A stretch of 64,000 bases of DNA from Octopus sinensis. Taxonomy: Eukaryota. The translations under genes were made by a program, and so were the position numbers. The stretch's first letter is position 1. Each line of letters begins with the position of its first letter. The notes below the pieces were generated by a model, which was given only the letters and a program-made list of their open reading frames with translations, did no database searches and was not told the origin of the DNA. The stretch spans positions 53,940,001-54,004,000 of the forward strand of contig NC_043008.1 of assembly GCF_006345805.1 (NCBI RefSeq). The letters are read 5' to 3'. Positions 1 to 11,220 of this stretch are shown here, in pieces.

Positions 1-213
1 CTCCAGTTCACTCAGCTGTAGAAATGAGTTGCGACGTCACAGGTGCCAAGCTGTATCGACCTTTGTCTTTCCCTTGGATAACACTGGTGGCGTGGAGAGG
101 GGAGGCTGGTATGCATGGGCGACTGCTAGCCTTCCATAAACAACCTTGCCCGGACTTGTGTCTAGGAGGGTAACTTTCTAGGTGCAATCCCATGGTCATT
201 CATGACCGAAGGG
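1..213 (+). mobile_element. tRNA-derived SINE family C, 3' part (head cut by window edge)
   Basis: Reverse complement of the copy at 31600-31903 and similar to 56975-57245; followed by (TA)n. Confidence 0.8.
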
Positions 214-221
214 GGTCTTTA

Positions 222-264
222 CCATATATATATATATATATATACATACATATATATATATACT

Positions 265-304
<40 letters not shown>

Positions 305-327
305 TATACATATATACATGTATATAT

Positions 328-382
<55 letters not shown>

Positions 383-494
383 CATACATATATGACTGTA
401 CATGTGTGTGTCAGTATATATGTATATAGATAGATAGAAAGATAGACACGTATGTACACACACACATACGTACGTACGTACGTACATACATACA

Positions 495-526
<32 letters not shown>

Positions 527-545
527 CGCATACATATTTATATAT
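222..545. repeat. (TA)n/(TACA)n compound microsatellite
   Basis: Directly visible; source of the YI/MYV-rich ORFs. Confidence 0.95.
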
Positions 546-1295
546 ACGCAATAGGTTTCTGCGCAGTTGCCTCGCACAACGTGACAAGACAATAAACACA
601 TTGCGCAATTCACGTAAGTGAAATAAATTTAATATATTATTCAGGAATCATGTAAAAATCTACTCGTTCCTCAAATCATGTGGCTGCACGACCATAAAAT
701 GCTTCAACACAAAAGCAATGGAACTGAAGGCAGCTGTAGTCGCCAAAACACTAAATTACGTTTCTTGAATACAATATGTGTGAGCAACTGCATCTGATAA
801 TTGGCCACTCTTACTGAAACTAAACTGAAACTAAATTGCATTACTATGAAAGTACTTTTAAAACCCAGTTGCCCCAGCATATGACCTCATTCAAATACCA
901 TCTCACCATAAACACTTCTTCGATCCCGGAGTGTATTTGTCGAATGTGTACTGGCCTTGTAAGGCGCATATCGGACAGTGGTATGACTTATAGAAATATA
1001 TCAAAGCGATATACTTCATGTTTGACAAAGAAATATATCATAAACTACCCCAACACATAACGAACACAGAGACAGATCAAATGTCAACTACTAGGCACAA
1101 AATTGTTGCTATCTCGAAGGAAGCGAACAAAGCACTGATGACATCATATCTATGATGACATCATATGTATTACGTGACCAGCCAGAATGCTATTTTGCCA
1201 TCGGCAACTACAATATATGTCTCCTGACGATCGCAGTCACTGAATTACTGAATTGCTGCACACTAGAGTGTAACCATTAGTAAGAGCCATTAGTA

Positions 1296-1317
1296 TCGGT
1301 AATATATATATATATAT

Positions 1318-1360
<43 letters not shown>

Positions 1361-1367
1361 ATGGATA

Positions 1368-1399
<32 letters not shown>

Positions 1400-1414
1400 C
1401 ATATATATATACAT

Positions 1415-1480
<66 letters not shown>

Positions 1481-1575
1481 AAGTATGTGCATATGATGCA
1501 TGTATTATATATGTGGATATATATGTATACGCATATATGCACACACACGCAAACACACGCACACATACACACACA
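1296..1575. repeat. (TA)n/(TG)n/(CA)n compound microsatellite
   Basis: Directly visible. Confidence 0.9.
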
Positions 1576-1724
1576 CAACTAGTCCCCCGTGCTGTTCACA
1601 CATCTCTTTAATTGCTGGTACAATGCTTGGTTCCCATTGGTGAAGAAGCTTTCATTCTGTTGGTCAAAAACCCATCAACAGCAGATATGCGATACTGGTT
1701 TCCTGCCAAGTGTTCTTTCATGTT

Positions 1725-2567
1725 AGTTAGTTAGTTAGTTAATTTGGCTCAAAAGCAAATAGCAAGGCCATGTAGGGGGACATGGGTAAGTACAGGGTGG
1801 TGTCCATGTAAAGAGTTCAGGCCACTTGAGGTCCAGGGAGGCTTTGAACAAAGCGGTCGTCGGCATCTTCACCATCTCGTCTGGTAGCTTGTTCCACGGA
1901 TCCGCAACCCGGACGAAGAAAGCTCCTCTCCTTCGATTGAGATGAAATCGTCGCAGGTAGAGCTTTTCGGAATGACCCCGCAGCCGACGCTCCGGAGCAG
2001 GAGTGAAGAACAGCTCTTTCGAGAGGTTACACTTCCCGCTTATGATGTTGTGGGCGAGAATGAGATCACCACGGCGGCGGCGTTTTTCAAGAGAACAAAG
2101 GTCGAGCGTCCTCAGCCTTTCTTCGTAGGACAAATTTTTGAGACCATGAACCATGCGGGTAGCCAGCCTCTGGACTCTTTCGAGGTGCTGTATGTCTTTG
2201 AGGAGATAAGGAGAAGAGGCTTGAATCCCATACTCCAATATGGGTCTCACCAGCGTGACATAGAGTGGCAGGAATATGGCTGCTGTGAGTATTCCGAATG
2301 ACCGTCGAATCAAAAACAGAATTCCGCGCGCTTTGTTGGCAGCATGGACGCACTGGGCCGAAGGCGAAAAGGAGGAATCCACCAAGATACCCAGGTCCTT
2401 TACCTGATCGGTCCTCTCCAGCAGCAGACGACCCGGCTCGAAATCAAGTTGAGTTGCAGGAGTAGAGCCGACAGGCAGATGACAGCACTTTGACACGTTC
2501 AGACACAGGTCCCAATCGTTAGACCACTTCCAAATTTGGTGGAGGCATCGACGAATATCCTCTATAC
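1725..2567 (-). mobile_element. 5'-truncated CR1-like LINE with (TAAC)n tail and 8-bp TSD
   Basis: TTCATGTT at 1717-1724 and 2568-2575; (TAAC)n tail on the minus strand at 1722-1741; visibly GC-richer than its flanks. Confidence 0.9.
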
Positions 2568-2568
2568 T
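1735..2568 (-). CDS. CR1-like ORF2 C-terminal fragment (post-RT region), open for 278 codons, no start codon
   Basis: ..WKWSNDWDLCLNVSKCCHL..KDLGILVD..LYVTLVRPILEYG..LERVQRLATR..LSYEERL..LEKRRRRGDLI..WNKLP: typical CR1/L2-group ORF2 tail motifs. Confidence 0.85.
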   Translation of the reverse strand, partial: SIEDIRRCLHQIWKWSNDWDLCLNVSKCCHLPVGSTPATQLDFEPGRLLLERTDQVKDLGILVDSSFSPSAQCVHAANKARGILFLIRRSFGILTAAIFLPLYVTLVRPILEYGIQASSPYLLKDIQHLERVQRLATRMVHGLKNLSYEERLRTLDLCSLEKRRRRGDLILAHNIISGKCNLSKELFFTPAPERRLRGHSEKLYLRRFHLNRRRGAFFVRVADPWNKLPDEMVKMPTTALFKASLDLKWPELFTWTPPCTYPCPPTWPCYLLLSQIN

Positions 2569-3388
2569 TCATGTTGGGGAGAAGATTATTTCCAGGTCGG
2601 GCCACATCTGATGTAAAATCCACAGTCACGCACAGCAGACATTGAAACCTAAGACGTGAGCTGGAGTAATGTCTGTGTTTTCCTGAGCGATTAGTCTTGA
2701 CTGACTTTCATAATTATCTCAGCAAGTTGCCATAGTATTCTCCATTGACAGTGTGGCCTTTTTGAAGATAGTGAATGCCAGAAAAACTGAGGCCATCACC
2801 TTCCCTGTGGATGAAATGTCTTTGGCCGTCTTTGGAGCAGGTGAGAAAGAATGATTCCACTGCAGAGATTGTCTCCTTGTCTCTCGCTCAAACTGATGAA
2901 GCCAAAATCTATTCTGGCCTAGGAAACATTCAAAGAAACCAGCTGGATCTGCTTCAAACAATGTCAGACTTTCCCGTGGTGTAATCAGCCTGTTTCGCTT
3001 TTGATCGGATATCAGAAGATGTGGTACTCACCGAGCAGAAACCTTCATCATGCCAAGTTCATTGAACAGAAAATTCTCAACTAACTAACGGGATATGCTA
3101 ATAGCATTGGTTATTTGATTTATAGTCAATTGCCTATCAGCCTTCACAATATGGTGAACACAATGATATATATACTTGGAATTTAAAGAAAAACAAAATG
3201 CGAACACAGTTGTATTGGTTTAACGCTCGGGAAGCAGAGAAAATCGTTTACGCTTCCAGCCTACGCGGAAGGAATACGAGGAAATACAGAGAGAGAATAG
3301 ATCAGTACAGCTTATATATATATATATATATATAGCTATTCTATTATACAAATGAATCCTTTGAATTTTACTAAATTCTATATTTTTT

Positions 3389-3478
3389 ATGCAGCTGAAT
3401 ATTGCTCTACATTTTAAAACTTATGTAATATTTGTATTGTTCAATTAAATGGAGTCGCATGAAACGATCGTACTGCAT
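3389..3478 (+). ncRNA. Degenerate type I hammerhead ribozyme with long stem II
   Basis: Stem I ATGCAG(3389-94)/CTGCAT(3473-78); core CTGAATA (G8 mutated); GAAAC-GATC-GTA; long imperfect stem II (CTCTACATTTTAA/TTAAATGGAG). Confidence 0.6.
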
Positions 3479-3982
3479 TACTTCTGGATATCCTTGTTGC
3501 GTATTTTGATTGTAATCACCCCATTTTGAAATATGGATAATACCATACTAAATTCTGGTGCCTTTAACTTAAGTACCATATTCAACTGAATCTAAATGTT
3601 ACTAAACTTATATATATATATATATATACATAGCTACTTTGAGTATACAGATACCTCATAAAAAGGATGTTGACATCCAAGCTGCGACGGTTTAATTTTA
3701 TATATCAATGTAAAAGTTCAATTGCCCAGTATAACTTAATAGTATTGGTATTTATTGTTTAAACAGTCACCAATTAAATATATTAAGTGTCTAATTCCCA
3801 CACTGAGGAAACATTTAATTCGATATTTCAGTATTTTATTTTTAATTTACTAATTTAAAATTAAGTATGGAAATAAATCTTTGGTTACAGAGAATTTTGA
3901 CAATATTAATAAATTGAATGTTATCAGTTAAATGTATATATATATATTGTGTGTGTGCGTGTGTGTATGTGCATTGTGTATA

Positions 3983-4366
3983 TACTCTTTACTCTTTTAC
4001 TTGTTTCAGTCATTTGACTGCGGCCATGCTGGAGCACCGCCTTTAGTCGAGCAAATCGACCCTGGGACTTATTCTTTGTAAGCCCAGTACTTATTCTATC
4101 GGTCTTTTTTGCCGAACCGCTAAGTGACGGGGACGTAAACACACCAGCATCGGTTGTCAAGCAATGCTAGAGGGACAAACACAGACACACAAACACACAC
4201 ACACATATATATATATACATATATACGACAGGCTTCTTTCAGTTTCCGTCTACCAAATCCACTCACAAAGCATTGGTCGGCCCGGGGCTATAGCAGAAGA
4301 CACTTGCCCAAGATGCCACGCAGTGGGACTGAAACCGGAACCATGTGGTTGGTTAGCAAGCTACTT
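3983..4366 (-). mobile_element. SINE family A (internal microsatellite, AAGAGTA tail); head continues at 6394-6430
   Basis: Near-identical to copies at 26443-26860, 27335-27792 and 43335-43940; head interrupted by a 2-kb insertion. Confidence 0.9.
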
Positions 4367-6393
4367 TATTTCAAAACATTTGCCATAAAGGCAGTACACA
4401 GATTAAGTTAGCTTTGCGGGCTGGACGAGGACATTAATGAAGTGAATGATAATGAAAGACAGATGATAAGGATGGGAGAAGACAAAAAGCGCCCGCCGAC
4501 TTTCGCTTCTCTAAAACATTGTTCTTTTTAAAGATAAACACAAAACGAGGTATTAAACCTCTTGCAATTTTTCCAATTTTTGGACTTAGCAGTCCATTAT
4601 TAATAAAAATGCAAAACGAGGTATTAAACCTCTTTCAATTTTCCAATTTTGGGACTTAGCAGTCCATTATTAATACTAACAGTTCAATAATTACATATCG
4701 TCCTCGAAATAGCTTGTGCCCGCGCCCTCCACCATCATACACGCCTCCCTCAGAACGTAATCAAGTTCCGAGTTCGCGTCGCCCGGGACCAAGCATAATC
4801 TTCATTGAGCTCCTTAGCCCAAGCGTCACGTCGAACGCCACGGCCTCCACAGCTATCTGCGGAGGCCATTCGGGGGTCCTGTGTGAAGGCTAAGGAGCTC
4901 CCTTGTGGTACTCTTCCATCATTTTTTTTTTCAATTTCTCCTCCTCTATAGAAGAGGACCAATACGTTCAGTTCTTTCGTTGGCGGCACAGTTCCCGCCA
5001 ACGTCTGCGGCATGATATCAGCCGCCTGACCTTTCTTTCTTTTTCTCCTCCTTCTTTTGGGGGAGCTGCTGACCCAGGGGACTCCGTCACCATACACGGG
5101 GGATCGCATATCCCCTCCGCACCTGAGCGTTCTTTGGCGAGCAGCCATTGTTGCTCGCCTCTATTTCTTTTCGTGGAGGCAACCTCCTCCACGACTTCCA
5201 CCGTCTCCCCCTCCAATGAGGGGGCGCGGTCGCCTTTCCCCTTCATGCTCCGGGGCACCACCACGGCCCCCGGGACAATTCCTCTTGATATGTCGGGCTT
5301 CAGGCCAGGTGACACTTGGGGGGGGGCGTCCCTCGAGTATCACGGGTACTTGTGCCCAGCCATCTCAGGAAGTCCGGGAATTTCTTTCTCCCACGGCCAC
5401 CGGTGTCAACAGGGTCAAAGTTGCCTTTGACCCCCCAGGCGACCGCGGGAGCCATTTTCACACTCAGTAGCCTGGGTCCGCTATCCCCCAGGCCTCGCCG
5501 GATGGTCTTCTCGATCCATTCCGCCTCCGTGCCCGGGGGCAGCCCACAAACCCAGGCTTTTTTACTTTTCTGCCACAATACGAGGGGAGGAACAAAATTT
5601 CCTCTCCCTCCAGTGGCTCGCTAGCAAATCTGCTAGCTCCTCGGGGGTACCAAACAGCAACCACACGTTGCAAATTTACTCCCCCGAGAAATAAACTTTA
5701 TCGTTGGTAGGTGGTCCCCCAACTCTTTTTTGATGGTGCTCCTGTCGAAGAGGGCGATAGCTCCACGCGACCTAGAATAGGTTGTAGGACCACCGTCCTC
5801 TTCTCAAGACTTTCAATCCACTGCTTGGGTGGGACAACCTCCCATTCCAAAGAAGTGGTTTTTTTGTTGCCATGATTTTGAAAAAAAGTTCAACTAAAAG
5901 TTCAAAGTCCAATAAGAAAAAAAACAATGCAGAAAACAGAAAGACAGAACAGAGAAAAGGACGAAGGAAGACAGTTCAAATAATGGCAACACAGTTCTGC
6001 AACTGGTAATCCTCACGAAACAGGGTACTCCTAGTTGCAGCACACTGGTTCTCCGTGGTAAATCCAAGCACAATTGGTTCTCCGTGGTAAATCCAAGCGA
6101 ACAAATTAATTTTTGAGGAGGGGCTATGCCTCTTCAAAATACACAATTCTCACTAAAAGTGAGACAATAAATACGCCAACAGGCAGACAAATACATCCGA
6201 AGCAAAGTGAAGCTTATACGCGCAGAAAAGTGTTAAAACTAATTAACATTAATGCCAAAAAAGTATTAACGGCAAGCAATAAACCTCACTATGCTTCCAA
6301 AAATATCCCAAAATTCCTACCTGTTGCCGTAAAATGTTCAATAATTCACGTTAACACGTGACATTTGCCGGAGCAAAAAACAGCACGTCTGTC
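4367..6393 (-). mobile_element. L1/Tx1-like non-LTR element with a decayed ORF1 and only a stub of ORF2
   Basis: About 17-bp TSD (4350-4366 and 6394-6409); ATG at 5873; frameshifted ORF1 with WVCGLPPGTEAEWIEK and knuckle-like LEGRPPKCHL..HIKRNCP; APE-like start VSINNGLLSPK near 4680. Confidence 0.75.
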
Positions 6394-6440
6394 TGGTAAG
6401 AAGCTACTTCCACACAGCCACTCCTGCGCCTATATTATAT

Positions 6441-6483
<43 letters not shown>

Positions 6484-6710
6484 ATAAAAACACCTATTTA
6501 GAATGTTATACTGTAAAGGAGAATTATAGTCGTCAACAAACGTGACTAAGGGAGCCAAGACACCTAAATTGCTAACATAATAGCTAAAATGGTCTAATAC
6601 TGTTATAAATTACATAACATATTTGATAGGGGCTGCAATCGGCTCGAACACCGGACCGAGAATTAGCTATTTCCGTACTCATCGTTTCAGCTATATCCGC
6701 AGCCATCGCA

Positions 6711-6737
6711 TATATATATATTATGTATGTGTGTGTG

Positions 6738-6777
<40 letters not shown>

Positions 6778-6840
6778 TGTGCATTGTGTGTGTGTGTGTA
6801 TGTGTGTGCATTGTGTGTATGTGTATGCGTGTGTGTAATA
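6711..6840. repeat. (TA)n/(TG)n microsatellite
   Basis: Directly visible. Confidence 0.9.
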
Positions 6841-7497
6841 ATGTGTAAGCTTGAGAAAGCGACAGATAGATAGTCTAAAGCCATACATAATTGATTGACA
6901 TAATTACATTTACTACATTCTCTAGATCCGAACTATATATAAAAGTATAATATCATGTTTGAAACCTTTAAAATCATTAATTTAATTATCAATAATTACT
7001 TTCCCCTAAATTTCTTGTTGCTATTTTCTTTCTTTTTTCTTTACAATATCGTTTTTTCTTGTGATTTCATGATCTTATAGTGCTGATGCACTCGATGTAC
7101 TTTCATGTAAAGTGCATATGCACACCTATTTGTGTGTATGTATGTATGTATATATATATATATATATATACGTATATAGGGTATGTCGTGTATTAGCAAG
7201 TTTATATATAAAGATTAACAGCATGAGATAAAATAAAATCCAAGGCTGTGAATAGTTCTCCGAACATTTATAAAGAGATCTTACAGCTGTTTCCGGGATA
7301 TTTTATACATCCTATCATCAGAAACGGTGCGAGAATATGTTTAAGTAATATTTATAGAGAAGATATGAAATACGGAGTGATGTGGAGGAATGAAAACAGA
7401 CGTGAGATAGTAAGGATGTTGTATTTGCAGTTCGATTATTTAAGCAGAATGGTGCATATATAAGTTAACAGCCTTGGATATTTATCCCACTCTGTTG

Positions 7498-7531
<34 letters not shown>

Positions 7532-7839
7532 CGGGAAGCTTTATGAAAATAAACAAAAGACGAAGCAGGTGGAAAAACAACGAACACATTGTATAGTATG
7601 GCGCTCAGGAACTATAATAAAACAATACGTATGGTATGTATAGGTGTGTGTGTGGTGTGGTGTGAGAGAGTATAAGTGCGTATGCGGGTCGGACGTGTGT
7701 ATGTATAGGGTTGTGGTGTAAGTATTAGTATGTACTAGTATGTATTAGTACATATTAGTATGTATTAGTTGGTGTTGTATTAGTATGGCACATAATGTGA
7801 TGTGATGTGTAAAGTCATGGTGGTTAGTAGTGAGGAGAA

Positions 7840-7939
7840 NNNNNNNNNNNNNNNNNNNNNNNNNNNNNNNNNNNNNNNNNNNNNNNNNNNNNNNNNNNNN
7901 NNNNNNNNNNNNNNNNNNNNNNNNNNNNNNNNNNNNNNN
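7840..7939. other. Assembly gap (100 N)
   Basis: Run of N. Confidence 1.
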
Positions 7940-8000
7940 GAAATGCTCTTAAGTGAATCCTATCCTGTCACAAGATAAATAAATCGAATAAATAAATAAA

Positions 8001-8076
8001 GAAGAAGAAGAAGAAGAAGAAGAAGAAGAAGAAGAAGAAGAAGAAGAAGAAGAAGAAGAAGAAGAAGAAGAAGAAG
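8001..8076 (+). repeat. (GAA)n microsatellite
   Basis: Directly visible. Confidence 0.95.
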
Positions 8077-8391
8077 AGGTTTGTTCTACAATGGTCACGA
8101 GCGCCTCAGCATATAATTCGAAGCATGTCACAGATGTCATGGTTACAAAGCCTGTTGGGGGTGAACATGTAAAACAAACGAGGAGTGATGTAAAAATGTA
8201 ATACGACATTAAAAATAGCGCATGCGACCTGTATTCCTACTACCAAAGAACTCTAAAACGACAGGCTTCTAATATGTCAACATTATACAGAACACTAACA
8301 TCTAACTCTACAACGTACTGTTTATTTGTTTTGAAGAGCAAAAGTACACAGACAGAGTGAGAGAAAGGATTTCTTAACAGGAGATATATAT

Positions 8392-8620
8392 TTCTTTACT
8401 ACCCACAAGGGGCTAAACACAGAGGGGACAAACAAGGACAGACAAGGATTAACTCGATTACATCGACCCCAGTGCGTAACTGGTACCTAATTTATCGACC
8501 GCGAAAGGATGAAAGGCAAAGTCGACCTCGGCGGAATTTGAACTCAGAACGTAACGGCAGACGAAATACGGCTACACATTTCTCCCGGCGTGCTAACATT
8601 TCTGCCAGCTCACCACCTTC
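8392..8620 (-). mobile_element. SINE family B, full length
   Basis: Reverse complement of 37050-37285; A-box GGCGAGCTGGCAGAA and B-box-like GAGTTCAAATTCC; central GCCTTTCATCCTTTCGGGGTCGATAAA resembles a Meta-type SINE domain (from recall). Confidence 0.85.
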
Positions 8621-8747
8621 TTAAAAGGAGATATAGGTATAGAGTAGCTTCTGGTAAACTGGATAGCAAATCTGGCATGGTACCCTGGATTTATTATCGA
8701 AAACTCTTTGATTGTATATTATATTCTTGAATATTTAAAATACTTTT

Positions 8748-9045
8748 AAGGCAGCGAACTGGCAGAAAAAGGCGGCGAGCTGGCAGAAAAGTGCGGCGAG
8801 TTGGATGGAAAAGGCGGTAAGCTGGCAGAGAAAGACAACGCGTTGGCAGAATCGTTAGCATATCTGACAGAAAGCTTAGTGGCATTTTGTTCGTCTGAGT
8901 TCAAATTCCGCGAAAGTCAACATTGCCTTTCATCCTTTCGGGGTCGATAAAATAATTACCAGTTAAGCACTGGAATCGATGTAATCGACTTACCCACTTC
9001 CTCCAAAATGGCAGGCCTCCTTCCTATTGTACAAAGAAATATTAT
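8748..9045 (+). mobile_element. SINE family B with five tandem copies of the 21-bp 5' head
   Basis: Units start at 8748, 8769, 8790, 8811 and 8832, followed by a normal SINE body. Confidence 0.8.
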
Positions 9046-9139
9046 TAATGCTTTATGTAGAGAAATATAGGAATAGTATAAATACAGTATATAAATAAAT
9101 ATAGGAATGACTTATTTGAATATTATAATACTGTATTAA

Positions 9140-9530
9140 AAAAAGTATGTACTGACAAAGTACATCAAACTTGCCATGTCAATATAGAAAACAACATCAC
9201 CAGAAGACAAATAAAAGTATTGAAGCAGATACTACATTCCTGCGAATAAGGATCATTCAAGGAGATTCCTTTGTCCTCTCCAATCTTCGGCATTGGGTAA
9301 TCTTGAATACAATTGCCGAGAGTAATAATTGCTATGAACCAACTATAAACAATTTCCCCTATATAGATGAATTTAAAATATATACAATGAGCAGCACCCA
9401 ATGAAAACAACTTTCATAATATTGTGTATAAATTGAGTTAAGACATAATATCTATGAGTATGGGATTAAATAAATTTGCCAAAGCTATTCATAGAAGAGT
9501 CAAATTAACTAAAGATGAGACTATTAAATC
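9140..9530 (+). pseudogene. Heavily decayed R4/Dong-type reverse transcriptase fragment
   Basis: IIQGDSF.. (cf. GIFQGDSLSP), FPYIDEFKIY (cf. LYMDDLKLY) and ISMSMGLNKFAKAIHRRVKL (cf. IGMEFGLDKCAKA..KRGKL), with frameshifts. Confidence 0.55.
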
Positions 9531-9856
9531 AGGTAATAATATTTGTTAGTGTCTTATGTAGGGGCTTGTATTTGTGCATTATAAGGACAATTTTTATTTA
9601 TAAGCACATTTTTATTTTTATTTAGTTGAAGTGCAAAGGATTAAAGTATTTTCAGTTGCGTAAGAGATTTAATAAATTGAGTTTAATAGGTCTTCCTCAA
9701 CCTCTGTCAGTTGCAACTAAATCTTTAAAATCAGTTATACCAGATCATCTTTCCAAATATTTTAGTGGAAAGGAAAATGGTAAGATGCAACACATAGGAT
9801 GCAAGAGAAACACGGACACAACACACACACACACACACACATATACATATATATAA

Positions 9857-10022
9857 ATGACGGGCTTCTTTCAGTTTCCCTCTACCACAGCCACTCATAA
9901 GGCTTTGGTCGACCCGAGGCTATAGTAGAAGACACTTGCCCTAGGTGTCACGCTGTGAGACTGAACCCGGAACCATGAGATCAGTAAGGAAGCTACTTAC
10001 CACACAGCTACACCTACGTCTA
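9857..10022 (-). mobile_element. SINE family A, head half
   Basis: GACGGGCTTCTTTCAGTTTCC...CTACTTACCACACAGC motif shared with the other copies. Confidence 0.8.
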
Positions 10023-10306
10023 TGAAGTATATTCGGCCGAATATCCTATTGGATACATTCAGTTCTGTAAAAAAATAAAAAGCATTTTTTATTTCATAAA
10101 AGTTACTGAGCTTTCTCTCTCTCTTTCTCTATCTCTAGCTCTCTCACTCTCACTCACTCTTTCTCTTTCTCCCTCCCTTTCATTTCACTCTCTATCACCT
10201 TCATTTTTTTCTCTCTCTTTTCGCTTCTCATTCTATTTCTTGAATGTTCAGAAAGTAACAAACCTCAAGCATATATGTGTGAGTGTGTGTGTTTGATTGG
10301 TGTGCG

Positions 10307-10531
<225 letters not shown>

Positions 10532-10879
10532 CTTGCATGTATATAACTTTTTATGTACGTATTGGGAGTAAGATATATGAATGTCTTCATAAATCCAAAT
10601 GTAAATATATATGAATATATACACGTGTACATAAGCACGAACACACGCACATACATATGTATTGTATGTTTGGATATGGGTGTGTGCCTGCGTGTGCGTG
10701 CGCACTCATCTCTTTGCGCGTGAGTCTGAGTAACAGAAGAGACACTCAATAAGGTCCCTTTTCAAATGTTTCAATAAGTAACTGAATCATTTTGCAGTTT
10801 ACGCAATCAATGACGCCTTTTGTATTACATCATTACTCTTTCATAAAGAAGATTACCGCGACTGGAACGTTGTTGACCA

Positions 10880-10942
10880 TATACATACATACATACATAC
10901 ATTACATATATATATATAGATATAGAGATATATGTATATATA

Positions 10943-11017
<75 letters not shown>

Positions 11018-11055
11018 ATATATATATATACATATATATATATAGTATATATATA

Positions 11056-11096
<41 letters not shown>

Positions 11097-11117
11097 ATAA
11101 TAGTATATTATACATAC

Positions 11118-11196
<79 letters not shown>

Positions 11197-11220
11197 GATA
11201 TATATACATATATTTATATA
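10880..11220. repeat. (TA)n microsatellite
   Basis: Directly visible. Confidence 0.95.

Larger units (their letters stand above)
1580..3000 (-). mobile_element. Decayed mariner transposase, split by a LINE insertion at 1725-2567
   Basis: Minus strand gives FLGQNRFWLHQFERETRRQSLQW..SPAPKTAK..GKVMASVF (2719-2961). The reading LLPNMK|EHLAGNQYR continues across the LINE into 1580-1724, matching a mariner C-terminus. Confidence 0.85.

Noticed and set aside
2893-2927. CTGATGA..GAAAC spacing
   Set aside because: Inside mariner coding sequence, with extra bases before GAAA and no stem I or NUH site.
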